This document shows positions 1-12,541 of a stretch of 64,000 nucleotides of DNA, one piece after another. Origin of the DNA: Euglena gracilis (taxonomy: Eukaryota); assembly GCA_039621445.1 (NCBI GenBank), contig CP154954.1, positions 24,998,954 through 25,062,953 on the forward strand. The letters run 5' to 3'. Numbering within the stretch: position 1 is the first letter of the stretch; each line of letters begins with the position of its first letter. The notes beneath the pieces were generated by a model. That model searched no databases. It saw only the letters and a program-made list of their open reading frames with translations, and had not been told where the DNA came from. Both the position numbers and the translations under genes were made by a program.

Positions 1-1
1 T

Positions 2-340
2 TTGATGATGTCATACGATGCAGCAACAAGGTCATTCGTCAGACCCGGGGGACCCCTTCTGATTTCACTAAAACCCCCTTTTAAGCCCATTAGTGCAGAT
101 ACCATTGCTTCTATAACAAAAGAATTTTTGGCCAAGCATGGGGTGACCCCCCAGGTGTGGGGGGGGCACACTCCACCAGAGGGGCAGGAGTTGGTTTGCT
201 CAAAAAACTGGGCCTTTCTGCCCAAGAAGTGTGTGAGATTGGCCAGTGGAGGGGGGTGGAGGCTTTTACAGCCCACTATCAACAACTTGGTGCCCAAGGT
301 GCCCTAGAAAATGCCCTGGCCCCCCTAATTTCAGTGCACA
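2..340 (+). pseudogene. Tyrosine recombinase C-terminal fragment (DIRS type), frameshifted
   Basis: HSTRGAG (HxxR), GQW and AHY catalytic motifs spread over ORFs 2..307 and 157..567. The frameshift falls in a G run. Confidence 0.85.
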
Positions 341-369
341 ATCTGGCCTCACAAGGGCAAAGTGGAGCA

Positions 370-660
370 GATGTGGGATGGAGCAGATGCGGGGATGCGG
401 TTATTGTAGGGATGTGGCCACATGCAAGTAGATGCGGGATGCGGGTGCTGGAGCAGATGCAGCGGATGCAGCTATGCGTGGATGCGGGAGTGGATGCGGG
501 GATGCGGCTATTGGAGAGTGGAGATGCAGGTACGAGAGCGGATGCAGGTCAAATCAGCCAAAAGTGACCAAAGTGGCCAAAAGTAGCCAAAAGTAGTACA
601 AAAGCTCCTAAAGCGGCACAAAGCAACGCAAAATGGCCAAAAGTGACCACACGCAGTCGA
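370..660. repeat. Low-complexity repeats (GATGCGG/GATGCAG, then GGCCAAAAGT-like)
   Basis: Short degenerate tandem units are directly visible. Confidence 0.7.
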
Positions 661-849
661 TAACAACCAAGGAGCAAAAAGGGCACCATCGAGAACCTCA
701 AAGACGATGCAGGGCCATACAGGGCGATGTGGGAACCAAAGGGGTGGGTGACCGAAGGCGCTCGGTTGTTGCGTCCCCCACTTCTGGATGACCCCGGCCA
801 AGTCTTGTTTGAAACCAACTTCTCTCCGGCAACCAGGCTTGTGCTTAGT

Positions 850-1090
850 CGGGTGCCTACCCCACGGGGGGGGGTGGGTGGTAGGGGCAGGCACCCCATA
901 GCCGATCCGACCCCCCCGGGGGGGGTAGGGTTTTGGGGGGTGCCTGCCCCTAGCAGGCACCTCCCTCCGACCCCGGCGCTGAAGGCGCCGGGGGCCCGGA
1001 AAAGGCCATTTTCAATGAAAATTTTCTGGGTCCGGCCCGGACCCCTATCCCCCCCGGGGGGGTGTGCCTGCTAGGGGCAGGCACCCTATA
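850..1090. repeat. Inverted-repeat (MITE-like) segment
   Basis: GTGCCTGCCCCTAGCAGGCAC (~940-960) is the exact reverse complement of GTGCCTGCTAGGGGCAGGCAC (~1064-1084). Further partial copies lie at 851-897. Confidence 0.55.
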
Positions 1091-1923
1091 GCACCCACCC
1101 CCCCTCCCCCCCCCCAGTTGGTAAGCACAAGCATGCCGGCAACCCTCCACCATCGTCAGCGTTGGTCACGGCCCCTCCCTCCCTCACCCCGGCGTTGGGC
1201 TGCCCCGGTGGGGGACGTCCACGTGCGTGGAGTGTGTGCGGGGCTACTTCGGAGAGCAGTGCCGCCAAGCCTGGCCAGCGCCTGACCTCACTGCCCTCGG
1301 GGGCTCGCTGGCCTGCGCTGCCCGCCCCACCATCGGGACAGTGTCACACCTGACAACCTGTTGCGGCCGCGCAGAAGACTGTCCTCGGTTCGGGCCAACC
1401 TGTCATCATGGGGAGTTGTCAGGGTCAAGCATCGATAGCTAAAATGGCCTAAAATGGCCCTCGAGGAAAACCGACCAGGGAGGAAGGGACACCGAGGGCG
1501 AAGCACAAAGACCTTGTGAGCCCGACCCCCCCACCCGTAAAAGAAAATTCATCTTCAAAAGCCCTCGGTCAGAGAGTGGGGGACAGGGGGGGCAGAGGGG
1601 GGGGACCCCCCCAAGGGGAAAGAGAAAACGCCACAGCCGTCACGTCGGAGCCACATCGTCAGCCAACTCCGGCGAGGCGGCACTAAGCAGGGAGTCCTAA
1701 CCCAACGCCAAACAACCACACAACACCGCCGGCGAACAAGGCATGGCCTCACAAGGTCTTTGTGCTTCGCCCTCGGTGTCCCTTCCTCCCTGGTCGGTTT
1801 TCCCCGAGGGAGTACGAGCCTCCCTGGAGGCTGGTTACTTGAGGAGCCTCCCTGGAGCCTCCGGTAGGTAACCAATTTTGTGAACAGGCCATGTTCGACA
1901 CTCCACCACCACAGCACAGAATA

Positions 1924-2085
1924 CTCGTACTCCGTCGAGGCAAGCCGAAAAGGGAGGAAGGGACACCGAGGGCGAAGCGCAAAGACATTGTGAGGCCATG
2001 CCTTGCTCGCCGGCGGTTTGTTGTGTGATTGTTCGCTGCGCTGGGTTAGGAGGTCCTGCTTAGTGCCGCCTCGCCGGAGTTGGCT
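1924..2085 (-). repeat. DIRS right ITR plus right extension
   Basis: 1985-2085 is the reverse complement of 6576-6676, and 1924-1993 is the reverse complement of 2221-2290. Confidence 0.9.
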
Positions 2086-2220
2086 GCTGTGTCTCCGACG
2101 TGGCGACCATGGCACTGTCTTTTTCCCTGGGGGGTCCCCCCCCCACCTCCCCCCTGGCCCCCATCTTCTGACCGAGGGCGTTTGAAGACAAATTTTCTTA
2201 AAGGGGTGGGGGGGTCGGGC

Positions 2221-2326
2221 TCACAATGTCTTTGTGCTTCGCCCTCGGTGTCCCTTCCTCCCTTTTCGGCTTTCCTCGTGGGAGTACGAGACACCTCGGG
2301 CTCCGCACTTTGCCATTGTGAGGCCA
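2221..2326 (-). repeat. DIRS internal complementary region (ICR)
   Basis: Joins the complements of both termini. On the minus strand the junction reads GAGGTGTC-TCGTACTCC. Confidence 0.9.
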
Positions 2327-3330
2327 GATTGTGCACTGAAAAAGGGGGGGCCAGGGCATTCTCCAAAGAACCTTGGGCACCAAGTCTTTGATAATGGGCT
2401 GTGAAAGCCTCCACCCCCTTCCATTGGCCAATTTCACAAACTTCTTGGGCACAAAAGCCCAATTTTTTTAGCAAACCAACCCCTGCCCCTCTGGTGGAGT
2501 GGGGTCCCCAAACCTGGGGGGGGGTACCCCCTGTTTGGTCAAAAAGTCTTTGGTGATAGAAGCAATGGTATCTGCCTTAATGGCTTTGTAGGGGGGTTTT
2601 AACGTAATTAAAAGGGGGCCCCCAGGTTTCATAAAGAAACGTGTTGCTGCCACATAAGACAACATTAAATGAAAGGGCCTGATTTGGGGGCACTGGGGAA
2701 TGGATACAACTCGCTCCCACTTGTGGAGTTTTTGACCTTTGCGTTTAATTTTGATGTAGGGTGCCCCCCCAACACCCTGGTGGTTCTTTGGACCTGTGCC
2801 AAATCAGAACTTCTGTATAAACAGAGGATTCGTGAACAGAAAATGAGTTGTGTACGCAATGTACATATATCAGAGGGCAGGGGGGACTGTGCCAGCCCCA
2901 GGAGGATTGGGAGGGGATCCCAGAATGCACCATATTTCTCCAGGTTCTGGTTCCAAAGCCTTTTGTAAGGTGCCAACATGGCATGGAACCTCAGGCCCCC
3001 AAAGCCAGGGATCAATAGCATAGCACTGTATGCATTGCGTGCTTGGGCTTTTGAAAATTGGAACAGTTGAATTAAAGCGTCAACCACTTGGTCAGTGGTG
3101 GTTTCAGGGGGGGGTACCCCCATTTTTTCCAGAATAACCCATAAAAGCGTAAAGGCACTTTGGTACCTTTTCAAACTGGGGTTTCTTCCCAGGAAATCTG
3201 TAATGATTGAATTTTGTATTTGTTTCCCCTCCAAAATTTGCCTCAGCAAATCATGCAAAGGAGGGGTCACCTGGGTGGTGGCATTTTTTCCCCCCTGCAA
3301 TTGGTGAACATACCCTTGTAAGGGGTGATT
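2300..3330 (-). pseudogene. DIRS tyrosine recombinase (frameshifted)
   Basis: LCLYRSSDLA (catalytic R) and GQW...AHY motifs across ORFs 2665..3645, 2468..2665 and 2046..2474. Confidence 0.9.
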
Positions 3331-3700
3331 TTCAGGCAGCGGGTCCCTGGTACTTTCATTTTTATTAACTGGGGCCACCATGTGGCTGAATCCCAGTAGG
3401 GGGTGACCATCAAAACTTTGGTTTGTGGAAACATTTTTAACCTGGGGAGAAATTTTTGGATTACAGACCAGGGGGGGTTTGCATAAAGTCCTCCCATGTT
3501 GTCTAGTGGGCATTGCAATGCATCCACTGCTGTGGCTTCCCAGTGGGGCCACCTGGCCACAAATTGTGGCAGTTTTTTGTTGCCTGGTGAGGCAAAAAGG
3601 TCTGTTTTCAGGTTTATGTAATTTTTGAACTGCTGCCTCAGCCATTGAAAAAGTTGGGGGTCCAGGGAATAATCCCCCTGTCCATTTCCCACATGCTTAT
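3267..3700 (-). pseudogene. Dam-like DNA N6-adenine methyltransferase domain of DIRS
   Basis: DLFAS...DAL...LYANPPW...P.W...WW signature in ORF 3267..3818, at the usual DIRS MT position after RNase H. Confidence 0.85.
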
Positions 3701-5056
3701 GGGGTCTGCCAGGCATTCCTGTGAAGGAACCCACTTTACTTGTAGGTTTATGTTGTGTTCCATGCACCATTTGAAAAAGGGTCTTTGCATGGAATTGAAG
3801 GGGTCTTTTCTGCCCCACCCTTTTGTTAAGTAATAGTAAATTACTTGATTGTCACTGACAGGGACACAGTTTCTCCTGGCTGGCTGAGGCTTTGAACTGT
3901 GCTTATTGGTGCACTTAATTCCTTGACATTTATGTGCAAAATGGATTTTTTCCTCAAAAATTCTTGCACAATTTTTCCTGTTCGAATGTCCAGCCCCCCC
4001 CAGGCATGGGTGCTGCTGTCTGAGTGCAACTCTCTGGTTGCACTTTGGGGGAAGGGTCTGCCACCCCATGTGTCCAGCAGAAGTTTTATTTCTCTTAATT
4101 GGTCCTTTATTCTTTGAGAAATGGGGTGTTTTGAGTCCCAGGGGGCTGCGGAATTTTCCACCAAAAAATTTGCCAGGGCATCCGTAAAGGCCCTTAGAAA
4201 GGGCAAGGCCATTATATTGCATCTGATTTGGCCAAAAATGGCAGCCAGTTGCCTTTTTGACATGTAATCTTTTTTTCACTATTTTTCCCAGCTCCTTTTT
4301 TACTGTTTTTATTTTCTGGGGGGGCACCTGTAATTTTCCCTCTTGGAAGTTTAGCTGAAATCCAAGATGATTTACGATTTGGGTGGGCTGCAGGGTGGAC
4401 TTTTTTACATTGATTTTGAATCCTGATTTGATTAAATCCTTGACCACTGTGTTCAGGTGATTTTGTAAGATGTTTTGCGTTGGGGCCACCAGTAAAATGT
4501 CGTCCAGGTAAATAAATACCTGGATGCACTTTTTCCTCCACAGCTTTTCGAATGTCTTCACTACAGACATAAAAATTTGGGGCATTACATTTAGGCCAAA
4601 ACAGCCTGCCTGGAATTCCCAGGTCTGCCCCCCCACCTGATGTCTTAGAAAGGGCCTTAGGGCCTGGCTCACTGGGATGTGGAAGTAAGCATCCTTCAGG
4701 TCTATTTTTGCTGCCCAGTGGCCTTTTTCTAACACTGGAAAAATGTGCTGGATGTGATCCAGCTTGAAAGGTTTCACTCGGAATCGTTGATTCATTTCCC
4801 TGCAATCGCTTATTAATCTCCATTCTGTCTGCTCCCCTTCTGGTTTCGAAAGCAGAAACCAGGGGATTAGGTGCTGGGTGGTTGAATCACTCACCCTCTT
4901 TACGGATCCAGATTTTTCGTAATCCAGCAGTATTTTTTCTGCTTGGTGCACGTTCAAATTTGCCCTGGGTTTTGGGTGGGTGGACAATTTTGGTGGTTTT
5001 ACCCAGGGGGGTTGAATGCCATCCCTGATTAGTTGACATGTTGTTGGGGGGGGCAT
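3700..5056 (-). pseudogene. DIRS reverse transcriptase / RNase H (frameshifted)
   Basis: KIDLKDAYFHIP, FGL and YLDD motifs. RNase H motifs SDSS..WG, HINVKEL and LADPIS are in shifted frames. Confidence 0.95.
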
Positions 5057-5691
5057 TTTTTGTCAACCATTTCAGGCTTTTTTGCAGCCTTTGATGGAGG
5101 GGGGTGTCTTCCCACTTTTCCTCCATGCAATTGATTTCTTGAATCAGATGATTGTGGGGGGGGGGCTGGGCTGGAGATGTTGGACCTTTTAGGCTTTTTT
5201 GCAGCCTTTGATGGAGGGGGGTGTCTCCCTCTGTTTCCTCCACTGAATTTATTTTCTGGACAAGATGATTCTGGGGGGGCTGGGTTGGGGGTGTTGGACA
5301 TTGCACCCCTAGGTCCCCTAGGGCTTGGGCCCTTGGAAAAAGAATTTTTTTCTGGGGGGATGTGCATGCACTCTCTCCTCTCTGCTCATCTCTCTGGATG
5401 ATCTTGTTGTTGGGAGACATACCATAGGTCTTAAGGCCCCTGTTTGGCCTATCTGGGCTTCTCCATGTTGATGTGGTTGGTTGACATACCATAGGGGGGT
5501 CTCTGTGGGTCCCCCCCTTGATTGATTGATCGGGAATTGAGAAATAAATGTAGGAGGGGTTCCTGCCCCTCCCACAAAAAGGGCCACTGTGGGTCCCTTT
5601 TCCTCCTGAGGCTGGGGCATTAAAGGGGCCACTGTGGGTCAACCTTTCCCCCTTTTTGGCAGAGGGCCTCTGTGGGTCCCTCGGGGGATTT

Positions 5692-6425
5692 CTACAGCAG
5701 CTGTCTTAGCTTCTTGGTGGCCACTGTGGGTCCACCCTGCTGGTTGGGCATGATGCCCCTTAGCTTCTTGGTGGCCACTGTGGGTCCACCCTGCTGGTCT
5801 CCAAGGTCTCCATGTGTAAATTTATTTCCATAATCCTTCTGTAGGTCTTCCAGGCCTTGATTTGGCCTCCAATCCCACTTGAAATCTGGGGGGGCTGCTG
5901 TGGCCCCCCTTTTCCCCTTGAGAGGGGCTGTTGTGATGGATGATGAATTGGGGGGGTTGGACAGACCTTTTCTGCCCCTTCCTGAGGGGATTTGCTTGTA
6001 AAACTGGCCCCTGTGGCCCCTGTAGTGTTGTCCTCCTTGGCCTTGATTCCATCTCCCCATCGTTTGGCCAATTGTTGTATAGGCGACTGGGCGCCTTTGG
6101 GGGAGATTGCCCACATGTGTGTGCTGTGGTTGTTCAATTGTGGAGCATTTTGGGCCCCCCTGGCCCATCCTTTGCCCATCAAGGGCTGGGGCAGACTTTT
6201 GTCTTCTGGGCCTTCTGGCCACAGTGGTCCAAGGACCGTGGCCGTCACTGGGGGGGAGGTTTGGGCTGGGAAATTTCTGGAGTGGGGGTCTGGGGGGGAA
6301 ACGGCCACGGTTCGCCGCGTGTCGACCGCATCTCCAAGTTCTCCTGCTTCTGCGGCAACTGCTCCAGGACGTCCGTGGCCATGTAATCCCAATTTCTTCT
6401 CCACTGCATTGCTCATTGAAGTCAA
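5692..6425 (-). pseudogene. DIRS ORF1 (gag-like)
   Basis: Lies just after the 5' ITR and shares the DGHGPWTTV.RR.RRQ motif with ORF1 of the second DIRS (40287..41063). Confidence 0.65.
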
Positions 6426-6575
6426 AATTGAAAATTGATAATTGAATTCTCAATTGCTATTCGTCTGAATCGTGTCCCTCTGGATATTGAATTGATATTG
6501 ACTTCTTTTCCCGGTTCTTCTTCGTTCGTGAACTCTTTTCCTTTCTTCTGGGTGTCGAAGTGCAAGTTAGGAATC

Positions 6576-6701
6576 AGCCAACTCCGGCGAAAAAAGGCAC
6601 TAAGCGGGACCTCCTAACCCAGCGCAGCGAACAATCACACAACAAACCGCCGGCGAGCAAGGCATGGCCTCACAATGGCAAAGTGCGGAGCCCGAGGTGT
6701 C
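6576..6701 (-). repeat. DIRS left ITR plus left extension
   Basis: Inverted match to 1985-2085. 6665-6701 is complementary to ICR 2290-2326. Confidence 0.9.
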
Positions 6702-7409
6702 GTACACCTGTCTCTGGTCACCTCAGAGGCACCTGCACGGCAGTTGCACCTGCACAGTTTTGCGCATTTCTGAAGAGGTTTGTGCTTGTGGCAGTTCTCT
6801 GCGTTTGAAAATATCTCATTCACCACGTTATTCATTTATTTATATGCTTGCACCCACACCCACACACACACACACAAACCACGCGTCGGCTGCATTGTGC
6901 GGTTCCCCTCTCTCGCAGATTTTTTGTCTTGCTACGGCGCCTGCTGCCAAGCGGGTTCGGATGGCCGACGGCCAGGTGGACGTTGCCTTGCCTCAAGACT
7001 CGGACTCCCACGACAGAGGAAGGGGGAGGAAGGGACCAAGAGGGCGAAGCACAAGAAGATGGTGAGGTCCTGCTTTCCTTGCCGACTGTTCTGTTCTGGT
7101 GTGTTTGTGCGTGCGCGGGGGGGCTTCTTACTGCGCCTTTGTTGCCGGAGTTGGCGATGATGAGGCCTCCTCCGACACCTTGGCGAAGCTGAACCGTCGT
7201 GGCCCCGCCCCCCCCCCCCCTCTCTCAAAGCTGCTTGGTTGGGGGTCCCCTTTCTGGTTGGGATGTCTTTCTTTTTCTGCCGATTTTTTGGGTGGGAGGG
7301 TTGGGCTCACCATCTTCTTGTGCTTCGCCCTCTTGGTCCCTTCCTCCCACTTCCTCTGTCGTGGGAGTCCGAGACCATTCGGGCTCCGCACTGCAAGATG
7401 GTGAGGTAC

Positions 7410-7520
7410 TGTGCACCCCCCTTTGGGCCATAATTGTGTGAATTTTTGATACGACTCCAAGTCGCAAATAATGAGCTTGGAAGGCCCCAAAACTTTTCCA
7501 CTGCCCCAACTGCTGGAACC
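7410..7520 (-). pseudogene. DIRS family 2 YR C-terminus
   Basis: QQLGQWKSFGAFQAHYLRLG, homologous to family 1 EIGQWKGVEAFTAHYQRLG. Confidence 0.8.
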
Positions 7521-7525
7521 AGTAC

Positions 7526-7951
7526 TGTGTACCAGGCACGTCCCAGCTCTGTAGGATGTCTGCAGAGTGGGTTCTGTAACGGTCGCACTACTGTGGAAAT
7601 CCACAGCTGGTAAGATCGTGGCAGACCCTTCTGGGATCTGCCCCTGGACACGTCAGCACTTTTCTCTCCTTCCCCCACAGGTGGTATTCTTCACTGTCAT
7701 CACTTCCAAGTTTGACCATTGGTTTTGTCAGAGGAAAAAACCCTCGGAACAGTCGGAGTTGACCTCGTAAGAAACTTCTGAGTCTTTGCTTTGTGCTTTG
7801 CTTCTTGGGGAATTGGGCAGAAAAGGGGAAAACCACCTTTCGTTACTCCAAAGACTTTTCCCTATCATAAGTAGGCTGCGCACCAAGGCGAAAGCGAAAG
7901 GCTTTTACAGAAAGTCCCAAAAAGGGGAAAAGGGAAAGCTTTGGACGTACA
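7526..7951 (+). repeat. 5' LTR of the chromovirus
   Basis: TGTGTACC...GGACGTACA, a direct repeat of 31261-31686 with the same length. Confidence 0.93.
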
Positions 7952-7953
7952 GT

Positions 7954-7965
7954 TGGCAGCAGATT
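7954..7965 (+). promoter_or_regulatory. Putative primer-binding site (tRNA-iMet-like)
   Basis: TGGCAGCAGA starts 2 nt after the LTR and resembles the iMet PBS TGGTAGCAGAG. Confidence 0.5.
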
Positions 7966-8902
7966 TAGGCAACGATCGTACACAGACGTTCCACACAGAG
8001 AAACTCTGTGGTTGACTGGTGGTGAGGATCGTACTGAGCCGTGAAACACGGTGAAAGTACTGTTCCTGGCCCCTAGCCAACCTTTAAGCAAGGATACAGG
8101 TCTCAGAAGGCACTGTTTGGTATTCGCCGATACAACCTTTCTGGCCCCTGTTTCACTGCTTATTTGTGTGAATTTTTGGGTTTTTGCCTTTCTACCCGTC
8201 TCAAAAGATGCAGAGCACAACCCCCAACAGCAAATTTGATTATGACTTGTTGATGAGTTCATTGACCAATCTTGATGAAGATTGCGGGGATTGGAACGGT
8301 TCGAATGAAACAAGTTCCAATTCCCGACTCCCCAAGCAACAAGAAGACACATTGCATCAATTGTCATTGTCACAAGGCGAAATGCCTTCATTGTTGCAAG
8401 GGGGTAATGAACCCTCTTCTCATCATTGTCATTGATTGTGCGGGATGTAGGTGGCAAAATGGCTACCTCATCCCGGTTCACCCATCATTGATGCGGCGAG
8501 GGGATGAACCCCTTGCACCTTTATACTTGGTTGCTCATGTTACCCATGAACAGAGTGAGGGGTATTTTCCCTTTACTCTGTTCACACCCAAAAGATCCCC
8601 GGTTTAAGCACCGGTGGGCCTTTTGGAGTGCAACTCGGTGGAAACACCGTGCTTTTTCCAACCCTCCCCTCAATTTCCACCCACCATACCATTTCACGCA
8701 TTGCCGGGATTACCCGCGGAAACTGCGGTTTTCCCTGCTTTGCCATGGAACCCGGATATGCGTCTGGTGGTACCGGAAATCTCTGGTGCCGTTTCCATTG
8801 TGGAGGACTATGAGGAAGATTTGAGAGATAACCTCACCCCCGGTGATGTTTACCGAAATTCTCGGTCAACTCCCAGCGGATCACCCGCTGAGGTAGCAAA
8901 CT

Positions 8903-11900
8903 TTGCATGTCCACCAATGTGTTGCGGAATGCGCAACCATGTTCAACAAGGTTTTGCAGTTTGATGAGGACAATCAAAGGGTTGTCAACACCAAACTGGA
9001 ATATTGCTGGAATTATTTGCAGGAAATCGGCAAATATTGCCAACACAATTTTGAAAGTGCGGGGAAAGACCTTCAACATTTTCGGGAAAGTGTTGACAGT
9101 ATTTTGTGCATCCAAATTCCACAAAACTTCCAACAAATCAGTGAAACACTGCATGAAGTGGAAACGCGGAATGATTCCAAGTTTCTGCATGTGCAAGATG
9201 GTATGAGCCATCTTTTTGCCAAAGTGGAATCATGTTCAACAATGCTACTGCAATTGCAGCAGCAATTACACGGCAAAATGCCACCCCCAAAATGCCGGAA
9301 ATCGGTAACTTTGCCGCGGTTGAGCATTTTGCCGCACTTACCACTTCTTTCAAAGGAGCCCAAAAACGTATTTTGCATCTTTGCTCGGAAATCGAGCATT
9401 TGAAGCAGTTTCAAGCGAAAGTGCAAGAAAATTTTGTTCCCCGTACGCAAATCCAGGTTTTGGAGGAACACATCCTACACTTGGAGCAGAAACCCTGCCA
9501 TTGTGCCGCAAATCAGGATGGATTGACCACCTTGAATGCGAAATTCGCGGATTGCGCACAACGGTTGGATTTTGCGCAACAACAAACACAAACGAACATT
9601 GGCGGTATTAATGCCACCGTTGTCGGTTTGCAGGAGCATGTTTCCGCACTTTCTAAGTGAATTCCCGTCATTAGTGGCATTCAAGCCGCTATTAGGGAAT
9701 TACAAACCCGTTGCACCTTGTTGTCCACCACAGTAACGGAAATTCGCGCACTTCCCAATATCTCGCGCGCTCGGATATCCGAGTCACCGGAATTTTGCTC
9801 ATTTTATAACAAAATGCTTGGTGACGACAAGGAAACCTTGCAAGCATTTTGTACGAGTTTGATTCAACTTGAGGAATCTGTGAATCGGAATGCCCGATCA
9901 ATGCAAGATGAGGTTTCACGGTTGGATGGACGAATTTCTGCGTTGTTGGAAAAGCCAACAGCGGAAAATTCGCGCACTACCACGGAAACCACCACCAAGT
10001 CATCCCACCAATTGCAAATTGTCTCAAATGCAGTAAAAGCGTTTGCGGGTGAACTCCGGAATGTGGAGGAGTCCAAAGGACAACTTGTCCAAGAATTACA
10101 CCTGGTTTCTGAAACGTTACCACACTTGGACGATTTTTCCTGTTACCGCAAACGCATTCGGCATTTGGAGACTGAGGTTGACCGTATTTACGGCCAACTC
10201 CAGTTGGTGGAACATTTGGAAGAAACGGTGCATGACTTGTCCGCAAGTTTGGACAAAATGTCCGCTCCGGTACCGGTTGTGCCACCACCCACCGCGGTAA
10301 GCGCTGCGGTTGGTATTCCAAATGTCCCGGAGTCGCGTTCTCAAATTACTGCTTTTGGAGTAGGAATCCCTACATCCACCGCGAATTTGGTACAACCACC
10401 CGCGAAAACGCGAATTGTGCCACCTTTACTGTTGCGAACACCGCAAACCTACTTTTCACGGGAAATTTCCGATAAGGAAATTGATCCTCCGCTCGAGAAT
10501 TCGAGTCTCCACCAAGAAATTCAACATTCCAACCTTGTTCGAGGAATGAGCCAACACCCCACACCTGGTATTGGTCATGTGTCGCATTCGCGACCATACT
10601 AACCACCAACGGGTTCTGGATTACCAGACCACCCATCGGGTTTTCGGCGGGAAACCCGCCCCACCGGGAGAATTTCACCAAATTTTTCGCAATTCCCGCA
10701 GGAAAATCCTGCCAGCCTCACACTTGGTGCGGGAAATCCTGCTCGGGGTACACATGAAGCGGAAAATCCGCGAAACACGTTTCGTGTTAAGAATTACCCT
10801 GACCCAAACCCCTGGAATACCATCGAGGGTCAGCGGGTTACTCAGAGAGACTTCAAGGGCACCATCGTAATCGCGAACAAGGTGAAGCCCCAATGGGACG
10901 GGGATCCAACCACATCGAGACAATTTTTTCGGACTGGGAGTACTACTGGGCACTAAAGGGACCCACCCAAGACCCGAATCCCGAGGTAGTCAAGATGGAA
11001 TTCATCGATTGCCTACCGAGGGAGGAGCGAGAACGCGCACGCAATTTGGTGATACGTAATGGCGTATCATTCGATGACCTGGTTGAGCAATATGCTTCAA
11101 CCAACTCAAGTCTGGTCACCAGGATTACCCTGGAGAAGAAATGGCGACATTGCGGCCATCGGATCGCAAGTGGAAATCCACTCCTTTGGTATGCCAAATG
11201 GTTAGCACTTGCTTCCGAAGTTGATGTACTTAGCGAGAAGCAAATGCGCGAACAATTCGATGCGGTTTTGTTGCATTTCACACCATCCCTCGTGTAGGAT
11301 ATCTATCGCGAGGAGTTGGCAGGGCATGAAATGACTCTTGCCCAACGTTGGAATTATGTGTCAAAGCAACTCAAGCTCACACAAGTTTTGGGACAATACA
11401 GTCCGCTTTCCAAACGCATCCCACCGCGGGAATCCCTGCGGGTGCGGTTAATGCGTTGCAAAAATCACCCATGTCACCAAGATCACCCACCACGGGATCG
11501 AAAACGCGGAATCAGCGTTCTTCGGACCAAGGCACGGATAAAATGTGCTTTTTGTGCAACAAATCTGGTCACATGTCTCGGGAATGCCCGAATCCTGATG
11601 CACGAAAGCGTATTGGAAGCCCAAGGGGCTCGACCTCCTCACGGCGATCGGGTTCCTCGGCGTTTTCACGACAATCAGGAGTTTCACGTTCTTCGGAGAA
11701 CCACTTTAGCGGTAGTAGGCCCAAGTCACCATCGCGTGATGGTCGGGAAACCCGTCCTTCTCGCGGTCGGTCACCTGGCCCCCCTACCCAGAAACGAGAT
11801 TTCTTTCGCGATTCTTCACGATCTCGTTCGCGAAGTGGATCATCCTCTTCGCGCGAGTCACCGGGGAAACCTCGGTACACCGGTCATGGTCGACGGGAAA

Positions 11901-12227
11901 CCCGTTCACCACGACGGTTTGATGGAAGAACGGAATACCGTTCCGCCCGTCTTGCGGAACCCCGCCACAACTCCCGTTGTTCACTTTGCGGTTCCAAAGA
12001 CCACCACTCATCCAAATGTCCCTGATCTCGTTCACCCCTGGCCCGGCTACGGAAATCGCGGTAAGCGCCGCGAGGACCGTGTTAACTCCTCCAACCGGCA
12101 AAGAGTCGGTTTCAAGATTTCTTGTTTCGAGGAGGACACCCCGGCTTCGGGCAGGGAGTGGGATGAGACCTCGGACGGGAAATTTAATGAGGCCCGAATG
12201 GCGGTGCGCTCATTGAATTCCATCTAG
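8903..12227 (+). pseudogene. gag region: long coiled-coil N-terminus, capsid-like part, two CCHC zinc knuckles with an RS-rich linker
   Basis: CFLCNKSGHMSREC and CSLCGSKDHHSSKC in 11348..12025. Heptad-rich fragments 9232..9660 and 9718..10602. Multiple frameshifts. Confidence 0.8.
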
Positions 12228-12541
12228 TACACCAAAAAGTTCGTTGCCGGCTATGTGGCCGGTTCGGACTTGGAGTAGGGGAGCCCGTGGTCCGAGGGCA
12301 CGGACCTCTGGGCTGATGAACAGATGGAGGTAAGACCTGATCAACCTTGCCCCCCCTGCCCATCCGCCTTCATGGTCAGTACCCGTAATTATTTCGGGTC
12401 CCCTACCCCTCAATCCACATTTCCGCTCGGAATGCTGAGCAAAGTAGGACAGGGTTCATGGGAGAGCTGGCATGCAAACGTATTTCCGCCAGACCATTCA
12501 CTTTGTGTACCACTAATGGAAATACTCGTCCAAGCGGAAAT

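Larger units (their letters stand above)
1..1818 (+). mobile_element. 3' end of a DIRS1-type retrotransposon (family 1, copy A), interrupted in its ICR
   Basis: YR C-terminus at 2-340. ICR halves at ~345-368 and ~1462-1520. Right ITR and extension at ~1659-1818, with 1749-1805 the reverse complement of 1462-1520. Homologous to 1924-2660 on the opposite strand. Confidence 0.85.
1924..6701 (-). mobile_element. Full-length DIRS1-type YR retrotransposon (family 1, copy B), ~4.8 kb, ORFs disrupted
   Basis: ITRs at 1985-2085 and 6576-6676. ICR at 2221-2326 is complementary to both outer extensions. Overlapping gag, RT/RH, MT and YR frames lie on the minus strand. Confidence 0.95.

Noticed and set aside
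5074-5800. Internal duplications in DIRS copy B (~117 bp and ~54 bp, CCACTGTGGGTCC units)
   Set aside because: Real, but ordinary tandem expansions in the linker between gag and RT, so not treated as separate elements.
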